Part shown: positions 41,501 to 51,211 of the stretch, in pieces | Layout of the letters: every line of letters begins with the position of its first letter | Numbering within the stretch: the stretch's first letter is position 1 | Source of the DNA: Phycisphaeraceae bacterium | Lineage (GTDB): Bacteria > Planctomycetota > Phycisphaerae > Phycisphaerales > UBA1924 | Reading direction: 5' to 3' | DNA: 64,000 nt | Assembly (NCBI GenBank): GCA_019636615.1 | Contig: JAHBXF010000002.1 | Coordinates: forward strand, 1 to 64,000 | Translations under genes and position numbers: made by a program | Notes under the pieces: generated by a model | Databases searched by the model: none | What the model was told of the DNA's origin: nothing | The model's input: only the letters and a program-made list of their open reading frames with translations

Positions 41501-43142
41501 GCTGGCGGATCGGCTCGCTGTTGGGGGCGATCTGCAGCAACTGCTCGTAAAGGGTGAGGGCCCGGTCAAAGTTCTGCAGGCGAGCCTCGATGTCGGCCAG
41601 ATAGGCGACGGCCGCGGGGCGGCCCGGCGAGACCTTGAGGAGTTCATCCAGGCGGGTGCGGGCCAGGCCCGTCTGATTCAGACGGTCGGCGACCATCGCG
41701 CCGAGCATGAGCGCCTCGGGGTTGGTGCGTTCACGGGTGATGCGGAAGTAACGCTCGAGGAGTTGGTTGCAGCGAGGGAAGTCGCCATCGACGAAGGCGA
41801 TCTGCGCGTCAACAAAGAGCATCGGGGCTGAATCGGCGGCCTCGCGGGTGGCCAAGGTTGTGCGGAGTTCCTTGGCCCTGGCGACCAGGGCGGGCTTCTC
41901 GTCGGCGTTGGCGGCCATCGCCGCCTTCGAGGTGTTGATGATCTGCAGGAAGATCGCGCTGGTCTTGAGGCCGAACAGCCGCAGGCCGTCGAGCGAGGTC
42001 GTGGGGATGGGCGCGTCCACGATCCGCTGCAGCAGGTCGTTGGCCACGATGAACTCTTCACGGGCAGAAGCGATATCCGCCCGAGACAGGATGAGCGTGA
42101 AGTTGGAGGGTTGCCGCTCGATGCCCAGGCGGCAGACTTCCTCGCTGCGGGCCAGTTGCGACGAGGGGTCGATGAATGATTCCACGCCGCGCAGCAGATC
42201 GATGAGGCGGCCGTTGATCTGGGCGTTGGTGTTGCGGCGGATTGACTCCATGACCGCGTCAAGCCGCGGGCGGTAATCGTTCTGCAGATTGCGGATGATG
42301 TCGATGAGAGGGGTGTCGCCGCGCGAGAGGGCCGCCTGCCGCTGGGCGCGGTTCAGGTCGCGGCGCAGCATGACAAGGGCCATGAAGGGCTCATCGGGGT
42401 TCGCGGCGACAAAGTCGGTGAGCACTTTGTCTGCGGCGGCCTCCGAGGCGAGCGCCTCTTCATCCCGTCCCCGCTCCGCCAGGCGTTCGGCACGGATCAG
42501 GTGAAGGTTGTAGAGCGAGGCGGCGGTCTCGTGGTCGGCGGGGTCGGCCGCGAGCGCGGCGGCGAGGTCTGCCAGCGCCTCGTCGGCGACCTCGGGGCGT
42601 GAGTCGGGCACGAACGCGAAGATCTCGAGGCGTGACATGCCGCGGAAGCGGCGGACGACATCGGCCCCCTTGGCGTTGCCCTGCGACGTGAACAGGTTGA
42701 TCAGCGCGGTGGATTCTTCGATCAGGCGGTCTTGAGCGGCGCGGCTGAACTCCTGCTGCGGAAGTTGTTCGCGCAGGGTCTGGAGGTAGTGGCGTGCCTC
42801 GTTGACGTCATCCGTGCGGATGCGTGCCGCCTGCCGATTGGCGATCTGCATCTGGTCGAAGTAATCGCGGTAGACAACCGGGTTCTCGGGGGCCATGCGG
42901 CGGAGCGCGTCACGCCATTTGTCGATGTAGACCGAGTTGGTCTGTTCTTTGTTGACGGCCTTTGAGTAGGCCTCGATGGCCTTGGCGGTCTCGCCCGCGG
43001 CCATGGCCTTGTCCCCCGCGATGGCGAGGTCTTTGGCGCTGTTCTTCAGCAGCAGCACGGCGGAGGTGGCGACCACCCCGAATGCGATGAGCAGCCCCGC
43101 GCTGAGCGTGACGACGAACTTGACGTTGACTCTGCCTGCCAT
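38562..43142 (-). CDS. Giant TPR-repeat protein (1526 aa), PEP-CTERM-system PrsT-like
   Basis: N-terminal TM/signal anchor followed by dozens of TPR-like helix pairs along the whole length. Immediately upstream of the EpsI-exosortase pair. Confidence 0.7.
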   Translation of the reverse strand: MAGRVNVKFVVTLSAGLLIAFGVVATSAVLLLKNSAKDLAIAGDKAMAAGETAKAIEAYSKAVNKEQTNSVYIDKWRDALRRMAPENPVVYRDYFDQMQIANRQAARIRTDDVNEARHYLQTLREQLPQQEFSRAAQDRLIEESTALINLFTSQGNAKGADVVRRFRGMSRLEIFAFVPDSRPEVADEALADLAAALAADPADHETAASLYNLHLIRAERLAERGRDEEALASEAAADKVLTDFVAANPDEPFMALVMLRRDLNRAQRQAALSRGDTPLIDIIRNLQNDYRPRLDAVMESIRRNTNAQINGRLIDLLRGVESFIDPSSQLARSEEVCRLGIERQPSNFTLILSRADIASAREEFIVANDLLQRIVDAPIPTTSLDGLRLFGLKTSAIFLQIINTSKAAMAANADEKPALVARAKELRTTLATREAADSAPMLFVDAQIAFVDGDFPRCNQLLERYFRITRERTNPEALMLGAMVADRLNQTGLARTRLDELLKVSPGRPAAVAYLADIEARLQNFDRALTLYEQLLQIAPNSEPIRQRIEAIRVIQGRAVSSDPVVATLRQAQDLVEPPAGRQARPEELIPFLRRAINEHNHDWRIVVSLGNALLRDGKRQEAAALVSRALEIHPSSPQLLQYQMAVNAEDDIAARIAVINSSDAPELDKVMARYAILRGAGRAEESKAEMAQAVRLAPNDPRVVEYRFLDALDDKDWTLAGSLTDIATRANMDNADGLTFRARMLAAQGNVREAVVAIEAAVAKGGAQPEVWRLKGRMENVSGRKAEAVASFRQAVRLQPDSVATINDLIIGLTDLGRNEEALAAAREFERYARNDANFLNMWMALEAAVGNKSAAIDRREVIARATPTDRANLIALASLYVSERNWTKAREIIDRARTLSDGADVLSLDAAVFWEQGERERARGLFAEFLRASAETEALRAHLLYAQFLAQRDDFENAVAVLERARTLQDPKNAEADRALIDVFMRIGNYEQTSLIARRIITAGSDTPDHMYRKRLIESLVKLGNFGDAETELGALIKLGEPDMLTLLLQADIQGGLNDARGQRNTLDRATARFPNEPMVFLKRGQSLLGDPRTARDAISDFNRAIQLRPDMWQAFRMRAAANVTLDQVEEAVNDLRSALKIAPRNDELLYGLLSDLLRMGGRVNDALDIATQALSQRPRDVTAMVTIGQIMASSGFNSEAARFFRQAFEIDTSDAVAQRYLDSLLNANPPDVNEARRVVDRLGPQRVTQNPGFLMALAKISMRQNRVAEANAAARDALRLLRTDEPMVMLAWFNDLRRLIPNKQNLLKYLDDTSKLAAASRAQEWLRYFVVSTNLDDPETRSATIPAARDLLNEAEDMSIRQLLYRSIGSALYGGGEYQEAARLMREGLGQFSNDVELTNNLAFILATKLDRAPEAVDLAEKAASLTPAVADVQDTLGTVYLKNKRYDDAAAAFRRAILLASTPQQTVNFTLHLAETLFEAGKREEARRALSEAAKAAEADAAQIGDELRERLGELRKKIEAP

Positions 43143-43196
43143 GGAGAACTCCTCACGGAAGCGCCCGGGTTCTGGACGCCTCGTGCGATGAATGAT

Positions 43197-44072
43197 TCAG
43201 GTTTGCCCCGCGGCACGGGTGCTCTCGGGCGGGTAGCGACCGGCTTCGACCTCGACCCAATCGGGGACGCAGCGCATGATCTCGGCGAAATACTCGGTGA
43301 GGAACTCGCCCGCGACCGCGGCGAGTTCTTCGGCAGAGTTGACGGACTGACTCTGGAACTCGATCTTCATGTAGTAGGCGTACGTCGCTTTCAGATCGAA
43401 GGCCAGCAGTCGCACGTCGTTGGCCCCGGCCACCCATCCGCCGTTGGCGATGAAGAAGTAGCCCGCGTAGATGGGCCGGCGGCTCTCGCCCGTGAAACGC
43501 ATCACGCGCAGTTTCAGGCCCTGCGCATCGCGGGGGAGGTTGATGCGCTGGTTGGGCAGGTCGGTGTGCTGCTCGCCGGTGCGGGCGCGGTAGATGCGGC
43601 CCCGAAGGTGTTCGGGCACGTCCTCGTTGGGCATCCAGTTGGACGTGTCGAGGGGGATGGGGATGTCGCCGATGACTTTGTCGAGTTGCAGGCCGGCGCC
43701 CACCATGCAGCGGTCGGGCACGTGGGGCACGGTGTCGATCATGCCCGTGTAGTAGGCCGCGTGGAAGTTGATGAAGAGGGGCTCCTGGCCCGCGGGTGTC
43801 TGCCGCCGGGTGTAGGTGCGTGAGACGTAGTTGAGCGTGCCCAGAACCTCTTCAACCTCCGGGGGCATGCGCTGGTCGGCCCCGACCCGCACCCACGAGG
43901 CGCTCTCGGCGGGGATGGCCCGCACCTGGCGGCCGTCCTGCGGATAGATCGGGAGTTTGTTGAGGTAGAGTTTGAAGTAGTTGATGGCGAAACTCATCCC
44001 GCCAGCGGCAAAGACAAGCACGCACAGGGTCACCAGGTATTCGGGACGGCGGAGGAAGCGCACGATATTCAT
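43197..44072 (-). CDS. epsI: EpsI-family exosortase-associated protein
   Basis: Start MNIVRFLRRPEYLVTLCVLV (ATG 44070-44072) forms an ATGA overlap with the exosortase stop. N-terminal TM and a periplasmic domain, as in EpsI. Confidence 0.6.
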   Translation of the reverse strand: MNIVRFLRRPEYLVTLCVLVFAAGGMSFAINYFKLYLNKLPIYPQDGRQVRAIPAESASWVRVGADQRMPPEVEEVLGTLNYVSRTYTRRQTPAGQEPLFINFHAAYYTGMIDTVPHVPDRCMVGAGLQLDKVIGDIPIPLDTSNWMPNEDVPEHLRGRIYRARTGEQHTDLPNQRINLPRDAQGLKLRVMRFTGESRRPIYAGYFFIANGGWVAGANDVRLLAFDLKATYAYYMKIEFQSQSVNSAEELAAVAGEFLTEYFAEIMRCVPDWVEVEAGRYPPESTRAAGQT

Positions 44073-45010
44073 GCCGCGCCCCCCGACGGCTCGTCGATGA
44101 TCTTGTTGAGCGCCCAGACCACGGCCATGAAGAGGCCCAGGCTGGGGATGAGCAAGAGCGTGCCGATGAGCATGTGGGCATCGCCGGCGGCGAAGTTGAC
44201 ATCGGCCAGCGAAAGAAGCCCGAGCACCGCGACGCGGATGACGTTCATGAAGATGGCCACCGGGCCAGCCAGCAGCATCAGCGAGATGCGCTGCCACCAG
44301 TGGCGGCACGAGAAGAGCGCCACCGCGCCGGCCAGGGCGTAGAAGGCGACCACCATGCGCATGCCCGAGCAGGCCTCGGCCACGTTGAGCTTGTGCCCGC
44401 CCACGCTCAGCACGTTCCCGCTCAGGTCAACCATGAAGCCAAAGACGCCGCCGACCATGCTCAGCATGATCCACGCGCCCTTGCTGGCGATGAGTTGAAG
44501 TTGGAACGTGATCTCGATCATCAGCCGCTCGGCGAGCGTGATGGTGAAGACCAGATACAGGATCGGCAGGAAGAGGTGCCGGAACGCCGCCGGCCCCAGG
44601 ATGAACAGGCACGCCCCCGCGAGCGTGAGGATCATCGAGGCGCCCTGCAGCATGTGGTTGGCCACGCCCACCACAAAGAAGACATAGCACACAATGCCCA
44701 GCAGCAACGGCAGGAGGCCGGGCCAGAAAGCGCGGACCGGGCACGCGATGAGTTTCTTGCGCGCCTGCCACACTAGCGCCCCGCTGATGAGGGGAATGAC
44801 ATACGCATGCCCCCAATCTTCCATGGCGTTGGAACTGTGCTCGTGCTGCTTGAGAATCCAGCGGAAGAAGAGCCCAGCGAAAGCCACGGCGAGCAGACCA
44901 ACCGCGATCCAGACGCCTGTATCGGCGGTCTCGGCGCGCGCCCGTTGACCCTGCACAGCCGTGCCGGGAAGAGCGTGTGTGGATTGCGGTGCCGCGGAAC
45001 TCATAAACAC
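44069..45010 (-). CDS. xrt: Exosortase (XrtA/EpsH-like transpeptidase)
   Basis: Eight-TM protein with the exosortase catalytic motif AEACSGMR and NVIRV (NxxR). Confidence 0.75.
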   Translation of the reverse strand: MFMSSAAPQSTHALPGTAVQGQRARAETADTGVWIAVGLLAVAFAGLFFRWILKQHEHSSNAMEDWGHAYVIPLISGALVWQARKKLIACPVRAFWPGLLPLLLGIVCYVFFVVGVANHMLQGASMILTLAGACLFILGPAAFRHLFLPILYLVFTITLAERLMIEITFQLQLIASKGAWIMLSMVGGVFGFMVDLSGNVLSVGGHKLNVAEACSGMRMVVAFYALAGAVALFSCRHWWQRISLMLLAGPVAIFMNVIRVAVLGLLSLADVNFAAGDAHMLIGTLLLIPSLGLFMAVVWALNKIIDEPSGGAA

Positions 45011-45153
45011 AACCGGGCGCGTGTTCGTGCGCCCCTCCTCCCCTTACGTGGGCATGGTGTGCGCGGGTTCGTTTCGGGCCCGCGGTCGCCAACTGCCCAG
45101 ACTCTGTATCGGCCCGCGACGGCGTGGCGAGAGTGAATCACGCCAAGTCCCGA

Positions 45154-46746
45154 TCACTCGAAGCGCCGCACCGATTCGGGCGGTGGGCCGAAGATGTCGT
45201 TGCCGAAGTTGCGATCAACCAGAATGCCAAAGCCGTAGTTGGCGCGGAAGCCGTTGCGAACAATCGCCAATGGCAAGGCCCAGAAGTTGGTACCCACGTT
45301 GATGCGGTCGTTGGGCTTGAGGAACACGTCGGGCTGTGTCTGCTCAGAAATCGCCTTGACATCAAGCCGGATCGTCGCCTGACGGTCGTTGCCGATCATG
45401 CGGGTCAGGTCCACCCGATCAAGAATCGCGATGGCGCTGGGCCCGCCCGCGGCGTCGAGCGCACGAAGCAGAGTCAGCCCGCCGGAAGCAGGCAACTGGA
45501 TCGGCCCCGGCCGCGCCACCTGCCCACTGAGATAGATGAAGCCGAAGGGATTCTGCGGAACGCGGACGACATCCCCCGGGCGGATCACAATGTTATAGGA
45601 CTGATTGCCAGCCAGAAGTTGTTGGAGGGGAATACGGATGATCCGCTGGGTCAGAATGTTCTGCACCGGGCCCGGGGGTGTGCCCGGGCGTGCGCTCGGG
45701 GCCGCGCCGGCCTGTGCCTGCCCCTGAGACACCTGGACCCAACGGCCGTTGAGGAAGACCCAGGAGCCCGAGTTCGAAGCACCGTTCGCGGTCGTGGTTC
45801 GAGGCGCGGCGGGGGGGAGTTGATCGACAAGATCGACCACCGGGTCGGGGCCATCGCCCGCCGGGGGCGAATCGGGCTGGCCAATGGCCGCGCGGGGGGC
45901 GGAAAGACCCGTGGCGAAGAGCCCCGGGCTCTGAGGGGAAGCCCCCCCCTGGCCGGTGAGTTCGTCGATGACGTTGAGCAGGTCTTCGGGGGTTCGGGGT
46001 GTGGGCGAGACGCCCGTGGGGGGCGTGGGGGAGGTGGGGGTGCCAGTCGCGGGCGTTTCGGGCATGGGCATGCCCGTCGCGGCGTCGGAGAGGGGCACCT
46101 GGCGGATCACCAGAATCTCAGGCACCGTTTCGTCGAAGCGTCCGCCATAGGTCAGGGCTTGCAGCAGACGCAGGTTTGAGTTCGGGATGGGGTACTGGCC
46201 GGGCCGTTCAGCACCGACGATGCTGAAGGTTTCGCCCCGGGCGTTGAGCAGGAGAATCTGCACCAGCGGGGTGCTGACAAACCGGGTCATCGCCTGTTCG
46301 AGTTCAAGGCGGATCTGCTCGACCGTCTTGCCGGCGACCATGAACCGGCCCAACTGGGGCACATCGATAAAGCCGCGCTGATCGACGAGAACGTCGTACG
46401 AATCAGGCCGATCCGTCACGATGAGGTCATAAAGCGTGAGGGTCAACGCGTCGCCGGGCGTGACGCGGTAGGACGCGGGCTGAGGGAGCAGGTCTTCGGC
46501 GACGGGGTCTGAGTACTCGAGCGCCGAGGTGTCGTCGTCTTCGATGCTGGCGATCCGGTCAAGGATCGGCACGACCGTTGGGGTGTATTCCCAGCGGCCG
46601 GAGATGCTGGGATCCATGAAGGAATCGGTGCAGCCCGAAAGGCCGGTCACGGCCGCGGCCAGGCCGCACACAGCCATGAGGCGCGTCGCCCGGGGGAGCG
46701 GGAGAAGCGGATTGAAGCCACCGGAAGATCCTGGTACCACGCACAT
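45154..46746 (-). CDS. Polysaccharide export protein (Wza/EpsE-like; Poly_export plus SLBB domains), probable lipoprotein
   Basis: Lipobox LSGC after a hydrophobic segment. PGDxL motifs (YRVTPGDALTL, IRPGDVVRV), a Gly-rich SLBB region and a Pro/Thr-rich linker. Start ATG 46744-46746 (MCVV), uncertain. Confidence 0.65.
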   Translation of the reverse strand: MCVVPGSSGGFNPLLPLPRATRLMAVCGLAAAVTGLSGCTDSFMDPSISGRWEYTPTVVPILDRIASIEDDDTSALEYSDPVAEDLLPQPASYRVTPGDALTLTLYDLIVTDRPDSYDVLVDQRGFIDVPQLGRFMVAGKTVEQIRLELEQAMTRFVSTPLVQILLLNARGETFSIVGAERPGQYPIPNSNLRLLQALTYGGRFDETVPEILVIRQVPLSDAATGMPMPETPATGTPTSPTPPTGVSPTPRTPEDLLNVIDELTGQGGASPQSPGLFATGLSAPRAAIGQPDSPPAGDGPDPVVDLVDQLPPAAPRTTTANGASNSGSWVFLNGRWVQVSQGQAQAGAAPSARPGTPPGPVQNILTQRIIRIPLQQLLAGNQSYNIVIRPGDVVRVPQNPFGFIYLSGQVARPGPIQLPASGGLTLLRALDAAGGPSAIAILDRVDLTRMIGNDRQATIRLDVKAISEQTQPDVFLKPNDRINVGTNFWALPLAIVRNGFRANYGFGILVDRNFGNDIFGPPPESVRRFE

Positions 46747-47236
46747 CTCCTTGCTCGCTCTCACTGGCGTGTCGAACCCGAACGGGCGGGGCAAAGTTGC
46801 CCACCCAGCAATACCGCACGAAGGCCGAGCCCACCCGTGAAGGGGGCATGAACCGAAAGGCACCACCGAGCCCGGACCGGCCGGGATGGGCCCCGGGGAG
46901 TGTAGTTCCCGGACGAGACAGATCGACCGGGTACCGAGATCGTATTGAACCCGGCAGCCCATTTTACCTAGGTTGGACCGAAAACACAAAGCGATGTGCC
47001 TTTGGGCCGGGCAGACCACCTACGCGGGTGGGGGGCGTTTGGTTTGTCAGGCCTACCTAAACTTTGGGTCCATGGACCACGGTCTGCCCGTTTCACCAAC
47101 CCCAGCCCCCGACGCTCCCCGACCGGCGATGCGCCACCCCCGTCCCTTGGGGGGAGATCCGCTTCGGGTGATCGATGGGCCGTTGGTGAGCCTGAGCGCG
47201 ATGGTGCTCAACAACGCCGATGGGGCCAAGGATCAG

Positions 47237-48181
47237 ATGGCGGTCAAGCGCAAACCCCCCTGGCTGCGGGCCAAAGTGCCCGGTGGGGAGGGGTATCAGC
47301 GCCTCAAAGGCATCCTCACCGAGAACCGCGTTCACACGGTCTGCGAAGAGGCCGGCTGCCCGAACATGGGCGAGTGTTGGGCGCGCGGCGTCGCCACGAT
47401 CATGATCCTGGGCGACACCTGCACCAGGGCCTGCGGGTTCTGCAACGTCAAGACAGGACGGCCGCCCGTGCTCGACCGGGACGAGCCACGGCGCGCGGCC
47501 GAGTCGCTGCGGCTGATGCACGAGGGCGCTGGGCTCAAGCACGTGGTCATCACGAGTGTGAACCGAGACGAACTGCCCGACGGCGGCGCATCGATCTGGG
47601 CCGAAACGATCATGCGCAGCCGCGAGGCCTGCCCTGGAATGAGCATCGAGGTGCTGATCCCTGACTTTGAGGGCAACTGGGGCGCTCTTCAGATGGTGAT
47701 CGACGCCCGCCCGCACATCATCAACCACAACCTCGAAACCGTGCGACGGATGTATCCGGCGGTGCGTCCGAGCGCGAAGTTTGACCGCTCGCTCGAACTC
47801 CTTCGTCGCGTGAAGGAGCAGGGGGTGGTAGCGAAGACCGGCATCATGGTGGGCATCGGCGAGCGCGATGAGGAGGTGCTGGCCCTGATGGATGACGTGC
47901 AGCGTGCCACACGGGCCCGGGTGGGGGGCGCTGAGCCTGACGCCTGCGACATCCTCACCATCGGCCAGTACCTGCAGCCCACACGCAACCACCTGCCCAT
48001 CCATCGCTGGGTCACGCCCCAGCAGTTCGACACGTTCAAGCGAGAGGGGCTTGCGCGCGGCTTCAAGGTTGTTGAGAGCGGCCCTTTGGTGCGCAGCAGT
48101 TACCACGCCGATCACCAGGCGGACGTGCTCACCACCGTGGCGAGCGAGCGCGAGGCACGCGTGCGGCCCGCCGGGGGTTGA
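47237..48181 (+). CDS. lipA: Lipoyl synthase (radical SAM)
   Basis: N-terminal cluster [12 protein letters not shown] and radical-SAM CTRACGFC motif. Start at [13 protein letters not shown] (ATG 47237, AAGGA upstream). The ORF-track upstream extension was rejected. Confidence 0.85.
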   Translation: MAVKRKPPWLRAKVPGGEGYQRLKGILTENRVHTVCEEAGCPNMGECWARGVATIMILGDTCTRACGFCNVKTGRPPVLDRDEPRRAAESLRLMHEGAGLKHVVITSVNRDELPDGGASIWAETIMRSREACPGMSIEVLIPDFEGNWGALQMVIDARPHIINHNLETVRRMYPAVRPSAKFDRSLELLRRVKEQGVVAKTGIMVGIGERDEEVLALMDDVQRATRARVGGAEPDACDILTIGQYLQPTRNHLPIHRWVTPQQFDTFKREGLARGFKVVESGPLVRSSYHADHQADVLTTVASEREARVRPAGG

Positions 48182-48209
48182 GGCCTTCGGGCCATATCCT
48201 GCCCGCTGC

Positions 48210-49370
48210 ATGAGCAAGCCGAGACACACATCAGCGGGCGAGCCCCAGGGTGATGCCGTCAGCCCGCTGCTGTACTGGGGCGTTTTTCTGCTCTTTGGGC
48301 CGATCGGTGTGCTCGTCGGGCTCATCCAGCCCGAGCCGGCCGGGTGGGTGATCGGGCTGGCGCTGGTCATCTTTTCGGGCGTCATCGCCACGGGGTGGCT
48401 GCACGCGATCCAGCGTCGGCGCTTTTGGCTGCTCGTGCCGATCAACCTGCTCGCGATCCTGTTCCCCCCCTTTATCTTCAGCACCCTCTACCGGCTCAGG
48501 TTCTTCAACGCTGGCTACGAATGGAGTCCTTTTGCGCGCCGCGCGGTGCTCGCGGCCATGGTGGTTGTGCTGATCTCGGTCGGGTTCGTGTTGATTGTCA
48601 AGTACATCCGGCAAGAGTCCCGGGCCGCCGAGCGTGCGCGGGCGGAACTGAGCGTGGCCAAGGGAATCCACGCCCGCGTCGCGCCGCCGATCGACCTGCG
48701 GCAGGGGCCCATCGAGGTGCTGGGCCGGTCGCGGTCTTCCGAAGAGATGGGCGGAGATCTGATCGACGCCATCGCGGCCCCGGGCGCGAGGGCCGTCGAG
48801 GTGATCCTGGCCGATGTCTCGGGCCATGGGGTGGGCGCGGGCATCGTCATGAGCATGCTCAAGAGCGCCATACGCACCCGGCTCACCTCGCGCGTGCCGC
48901 TGGCCACGCTGCTGGCCGATATCAACGGCGTGCTCACCGACCTCACCGACGAGCACATGTTCGCGACGGTCGCGTGCGCGAGGATTTATGAAGACGGGCG
49001 CGTGGAATACGCGCTGGCGGGGCACCTGCCCATCATCGTCGCCACGGCGGAGGGCAAAGCCCGGCGCATCGAAGAACTCGCCAACGACAACCTGCCCATC
49101 GGCATCACGCACGACGAGGTCTTTGTCAGCGGTTCAGCGACGCTGCGGCCCGGCGATTCCCTGCTCTTTGTCACCGATGGCCTGACCGAGGTGCGTCACC
49201 GGGTGGGCGGGCACGAGTTGGGCCTTGCGCCGCTGCGCGATGCGTTCGCGGCGCACGCCGATACACCGCTGAGCGAAATCTGCGAGCGGCTCTTCACGCT
49301 CGCAGACACTCACGGCCGGCGCAGCGACGATCAGTCCGTGCTGCTCGTGCGATTCGCCCCCGGGGCGTGA
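48210..49370 (+). CDS. Membrane-anchored PP2C-family Ser/Thr phosphatase (SpoIIE/RsbU-like)
   Basis: Five N-terminal TM helices, then PP2C motifs GGDLID, ADVSGHGVGAGIVM and DGLTE. Start at MSKPRHTS (ATG 48210). The 5' part of ORF 47892.. overlaps lipA and was rejected. Confidence 0.7.
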   Translation: MSKPRHTSAGEPQGDAVSPLLYWGVFLLFGPIGVLVGLIQPEPAGWVIGLALVIFSGVIATGWLHAIQRRRFWLLVPINLLAILFPPFIFSTLYRLRFFNAGYEWSPFARRAVLAAMVVVLISVGFVLIVKYIRQESRAAERARAELSVAKGIHARVAPPIDLRQGPIEVLGRSRSSEEMGGDLIDAIAAPGARAVEVILADVSGHGVGAGIVMSMLKSAIRTRLTSRVPLATLLADINGVLTDLTDEHMFATVACARIYEDGRVEYALAGHLPIIVATAEGKARRIEELANDNLPIGITHDEVFVSGSATLRPGDSLLFVTDGLTEVRHRVGGHELGLAPLRDAFAAHADTPLSEICERLFTLADTHGRRSDDQSVLLVRFAPGA

Positions 49371-49401
49371 GGTGTGGGCATGAGGTGTGGGCAGGCGGTG
49401 T

Positions 49402-49827
49402 CTACAGGCCCGCCAGCGCACGCAGGGCTTTGTCCAGAGCCGCCGGCACGGGCATCACGCTCAGGCGTCCCTGCGTGACCAAGGGGAAGGCGGCGAAGCG
49501 CGCGTCGGCCTTGATCTGCGCGAGGGTCACCGGCTTTTTCGCTTTGGCTACCGGCGCAAGGTCAACCACGGCCCACCTGGGCAGGCCCGCGTCATTGACG
49601 CCGGGGCGATCGGGGTCTTCATACGGGGCGCTCACGGCCCGCGCCAGACCCACAACCGCCTTCTCCTTGCCCGTGTGATAGATCAGAACGTCATCGCCCT
49701 GCCGCACGGTGCGAAGGTGCGCCAGCGCTCCCGGGTTGGCCACGCCGTTCCAGGGGCTGCGTGTGGCACGGGCGAGATCCTCGTACGAGAACTCGTCTGG
49801 CTCGGTTTTGAAGAGAAACGTGGGCAT
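49402..49827 (-). CDS. EVE-domain (PUA-like) protein
   Basis: MPTFLFKTEPDEFSYEDL...GDDVLIYHTGKEKAVVGLARAV matches the EVE-domain consensus. Confidence 0.7.
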   Translation of the reverse strand: MPTFLFKTEPDEFSYEDLARATRSPWNGVANPGALAHLRTVRQGDDVLIYHTGKEKAVVGLARAVSAPYEDPDRPGVNDAGLPRWAVVDLAPVAKAKKPVTLAQIKADARFAAFPLVTQGRLSVMPVPAALDKALRALAGL

Positions 49828-49863
49828 ATGTCTTCGAGAGCGTGCGGCGCGGCCACAACCGGT

Positions 49864-50835
49864 TCAAGGCAGCGACACGTGCAGCCGCCACTTCGCTTCG
49901 AGCGTCTCGCCCGGGGCGAGTGTTCTCACGCCGGTATCGCGCCATCCGCGGGCGAGCAGGTTAAAACCATCGTTGACCATCGTCACCGGCTCAAGGCAGA
50001 AAAACTCGGCGTGAGGCGAAGGGGGCCGGGGTGCGTAGACAACGGTGTGCGTGAGCGTCTGGCCGCATTCGTACCTGACGCTCACGCCGCGCGAGGGCCA
50101 GCGGATCTCTCCTCCCCCTCCGGCGAAAACATCATCGAGATCGAGTGCATCGACGCACACGCCCCGGCGCAGCGCGGCCGTGGCCGGGTCGTCTTCCGCC
50201 GGGGCCGAGGGGAGCATCCCCTCGCACGGGTATCTTCCGTGCACGGGCACCACAACCTGCGCGGCTTCGTCGCCGGGAGAGAGCCTTCGCCGCCAGAAAG
50301 GGTGAAACCCAAGACCCGCCGGGAAGGGGCACGTGTCGGCGTTCGTCACGGCCAGTTGCAGGCCGAGCCCGAAAGGGTCGAGTTCGTAGCGAACGACGGC
50401 GATGGTGCTCCATGGCCAGTTCACGTCTGCGTGGCGCGAGGTGTCGCACCGCAGGCGGAGGCTGAACGGGGAGCGGTCTGTCACCTCCCAGGGCAGAGAC
50501 TTGAAAGCGCCGTGGATCGCGGTGCCGTCTGGCCAGTCTCTGCGCAGCGCAACCTCGGCGCCGGCCCACGGGAAAGCCCCGCCCCGTACACGGTTCGACC
50601 AGGGAGCCAGCAGGTAGCAGGAAAGATCGTTGAAGTGCGTCGTGTGCGCCGGCGCGGGACGCATGAGGTCAACCCGCTGGCCGGCGATATCCGCGGCCAA
50701 TGAAGCAACGCCCCCGCCGAGGTGGGGGCGTACGGCCAGGTGCAGGCGACCTGCCCCGAGGTGGATGTCCTTCGCGACGGGTGAGAGGCCGGGTTGATCA
50801 CCCAGCGACACACTCCCCGCCTGTCGTGCGTTCAC
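49864..50835 (-). CDS. Aldose 1-epimerase (galactose mutarotase-like) family protein
   Basis: Beta-sandwich family motifs (WPWS, GLGFHPFW, FFCLEP), typical of YihR/mutarotase-like proteins. Confidence 0.6.
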   Translation of the reverse strand: MNARQAGSVSLGDQPGLSPVAKDIHLGAGRLHLAVRPHLGGGVASLAADIAGQRVDLMRPAPAHTTHFNDLSCYLLAPWSNRVRGGAFPWAGAEVALRRDWPDGTAIHGAFKSLPWEVTDRSPFSLRLRCDTSRHADVNWPWSTIAVVRYELDPFGLGLQLAVTNADTCPFPAGLGFHPFWRRRLSPGDEAAQVVVPVHGRYPCEGMLPSAPAEDDPATAALRRGVCVDALDLDDVFAGGGGEIRWPSRGVSVRYECGQTLTHTVVYAPRPPSPHAEFFCLEPVTMVNDGFNLLARGWRDTGVRTLAPGETLEAKWRLHVSLP

Positions 50836-51128
50836 GGGGTAGTGCCTTGGTCCCCGGCCTGGGAGGGGGATTCGGCATCATCATCCGCCATGAGTTCGCA
50901 GCAGGCGCCCTTCGCGGGCTTGGTAGCGGCTTCGTAGCCGGTGCATTCGCTGGCGCAGTCAATCTTGGCGGCGGCGCAGCAGGCGTCGGCCTCTCCGGCC
51001 GCGCTCTCGGCGCAGATGCCGAAGGGACAACCGGTGCGGACCACGTTGAAGCCCGCAAAACCCAGGGCGCCAAGCCCGGCGAGGGCGGCAATCGAACCGA
51101 TGAGACCGATACCACGACGCTTGCGCAT
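50832..51128 (-). CDS. Small secreted/membrane Cys-rich protein (98 aa, ~10 Cys)
   Basis: MRKRRGIGLIGSIAALAGLGALGFAG signal/anchor, then a CPFGIC...CCAAAKIDCASEC...CCE Cys cluster. 4-nt overlap with the start of the downstream epimerase-family gene. Confidence 0.45.
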   Translation of the reverse strand: MRKRRGIGLIGSIAALAGLGALGFAGFNVVRTGCPFGICAESAAGEADACCAAAKIDCASECTGYEAATKPAKGACCELMADDDAESPSQAGDQGTTP

Positions 51129-51211
51129 GAATGCCTCCGTGTTGAAGAGTTTACGCAGTCCGGAGGGGGGTAGATCGGCTCAATGAGCACATTGGGGGAG
51201 TTCCCGGACGG

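Noticed and set aside
46973-47236. 5' extension of the lipA ORF
   Set aside because: Conserved LipA N-termini begin near [10 protein letters not shown]. The upstream extension has no homology and would cover the wza-like promoter region. An AAGGA RBS supports the start at 47237.
47892-48209. 5' extension of the PP2C phosphatase ORF
   Set aside because: It overlaps the 3' end of lipA in another frame. A start at ATG 48210 yields the canonical TM-PP2C architecture.
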